64,000 bases of DNA from the NCBI RefSeq assembly GCF_009914755.1, contig NC_060931.1, one strand, 5' to 3'. Below, piece by piece: positions 62,264 to 64,000 of this stretch. How positions within the stretch are numbered: position 1 is the stretch's first letter; every line of letters begins with the position of its first letter. Source of the stretch: the human T2T-CHM13v2.0 reference genome, Homo sapiens. Under the pieces are notes generated by a model. That model saw nothing but the letters and a program-made list of their open reading frames with translations. It had not been told where the DNA came from and did not search any database. A program made the position numbers and the translations under genes.

Positions 62264-64000
62264 CAGTGACCAACTTTAACAGTTAGCATTTGAACTTTGG
62301 TAGTTAGTACTAGAATGTTAAATATCTTAAAGTGATTTTTCTCCAAAATTTGAACTTGATATCATCTCTATAGTTTAAAATCCTTCAAATAGCTTCTCAT
62401 AGTATTTCAGATGAGTAATACAATGTTTTAACTGAGTCAGCCTATTTTTCTAGCTTTATCTTCCAACCATTGCCCTTGTTCACAATTTGAGGAGTGGAAA
62501 GATGGGGAAGGGGAGGGCAAAGATGCGTCAATAGTAGGTTGCATCACTGCACTGTTCCCTCCTCTCCCTCCTCCTCGGATAGCATCTAAAACAGGTAAGT
62601 ATCAGCATATCGACTGGAACTCTCCAAATTCTACCTCTACTCCTTTCAGGAAAGAGACGTTCTCCGCACACATATCAGCTCTGGAGCTTCTTGTTATGTG
62701 GGATGATTTTAGGGGGAAAAGTGAGTCCTACTTTTCCAGGGTTTTTTTTTTTTTTTTTTTCTCTTTAGGGGAAGCTTAGTCCATTGTGTGAGTCTATAGT
62801 TATTGGGTAAACTCAAATATCCAGATTTATGTCAAATTTCCATATATATTAAATGGAAAAAGTGCCTCAAAATGTTACCATACTCAAGCTGTCCTAATTC
62901 CTAACATTGAAATAAATCTTATTTTTAAAAGGTAATCCTGTTTTAAGTAAAATGGATTTCACTTTGGACACACCTTAGTGTAAATTCATTGATTCATTAA
63001 CAAGCCCCAGTTACATTCCTAAGACCACACGGCTTTGTTTCTGCTTCCACCTAGTTCCCACACACAAGGCAATCATCACAACTCTTATTGTACCCACTAA
63101 TTTTCAATGGAAGCCAGGAGTGGAAGCCAAAGACACTTCTCTCCACCGCTCCCACGGAGACATACCATATGGGCGTGTGTGTGACATGGGTGATTCAAAA
63201 AACTGCTGTGCCCCCAATCTGATATGCTTTGCCAGAAAATGGGTCCCATTTTTATAAATTTCTATTTATGTGAATAAAACCTGAGAGAGGGGCACATGGA
63301 ATTGGGGAATCTGTGGGTTGGGGTTGGTGAGAAGATGGGGAAAGGGCTTTAACACAGGGTGTTGCTCAAATACATTAAGCCTGGACAGGACATCGAAGTA
63401 AGGGGGATTGATGAACGCTGGCACCTGGGAAAGGAGAGGCACTTAGAGAGGGTGGTGCCTGCAGAGAGAAGGCTTTTGCAGAACATCCAACATTAACTCA
63501 GTCCACTTCACACTTTAAATAAGAGCCAGTGTTATTCACTCCCAGGGGTGTTCTTAGTCTGAAGAGAGCAGTTCTGTGAACATAGATGAGGGAGAAAAAG
63601 AAAAAAACCCTGTATCTTCCTACATTGGAAAAGGGAGGTCCACAAGCTTTACCAAAGGGACCAGTGGCTCAAAAGATAGTTTAAGAATCCCTGAGTCTTA
63701 GCGATTTTCTCATTATTATGTACTTACAATACTATTTTTTTCTTATCAACAATCTCTCTAGAGACTTTTTCAATTTATTCTTTTAATAACACTTTATATT
63801 TTTGTGGCTCTCTGTATATGTCTTTTGATATACTTCTTACAAAGTCTGTTCTGGTTTATAGGGACTTTGAAAGAATGGGCTACCTGGAGAAAAATATCCG
63901 CAGACTAAGGTACAGCTAAGGACAAGAGCCCTAATTTCAGTTTAGAACATTGTGATGGACTTGTTGAGAGCATTTATGGTGCATTCAAAATCTGCAAAAA

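Overview
Human genomic DNA (it holds a consensus-identical AluYa5 and a full-length SVA) with no supportable protein-coding gene, RNA gene or CRISPR array. The window is mostly nested transposon relics: about 39 Alu pieces, about 30 LTRs in both orientations, a near-full-length decayed L1 (42.1-50.6 kb, minus strand), and other L1, L2, MIR, CR1 and DNA-transposon fragments. The supplied ORFs are repeat-derived or noise. Main observations: (1) an SVA whose 5' ~700 nt carry about 30 sense-strand A-to-G changes, a candidate ADAR RNA-editing pattern fixed in DNA by retrotransposition; (2) a buried, very old two-LTR provirus skeleton (31865-39858) with a tRNA-Gln-like primer binding site and a polypurine tract, broken by about 11 later insertions; (3) a tail-to-tail inverted AluYa5/AluY pair 134 bp apart; (4) a perfect 67-bp tandem duplication; (5) two templated-repair scars; (6) two copies of a Helitron-like relic. 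Subfamily names come from recalled consensus sequences, not from a database search. Boundaries without a stated target-site duplication (TSD) are approximate.
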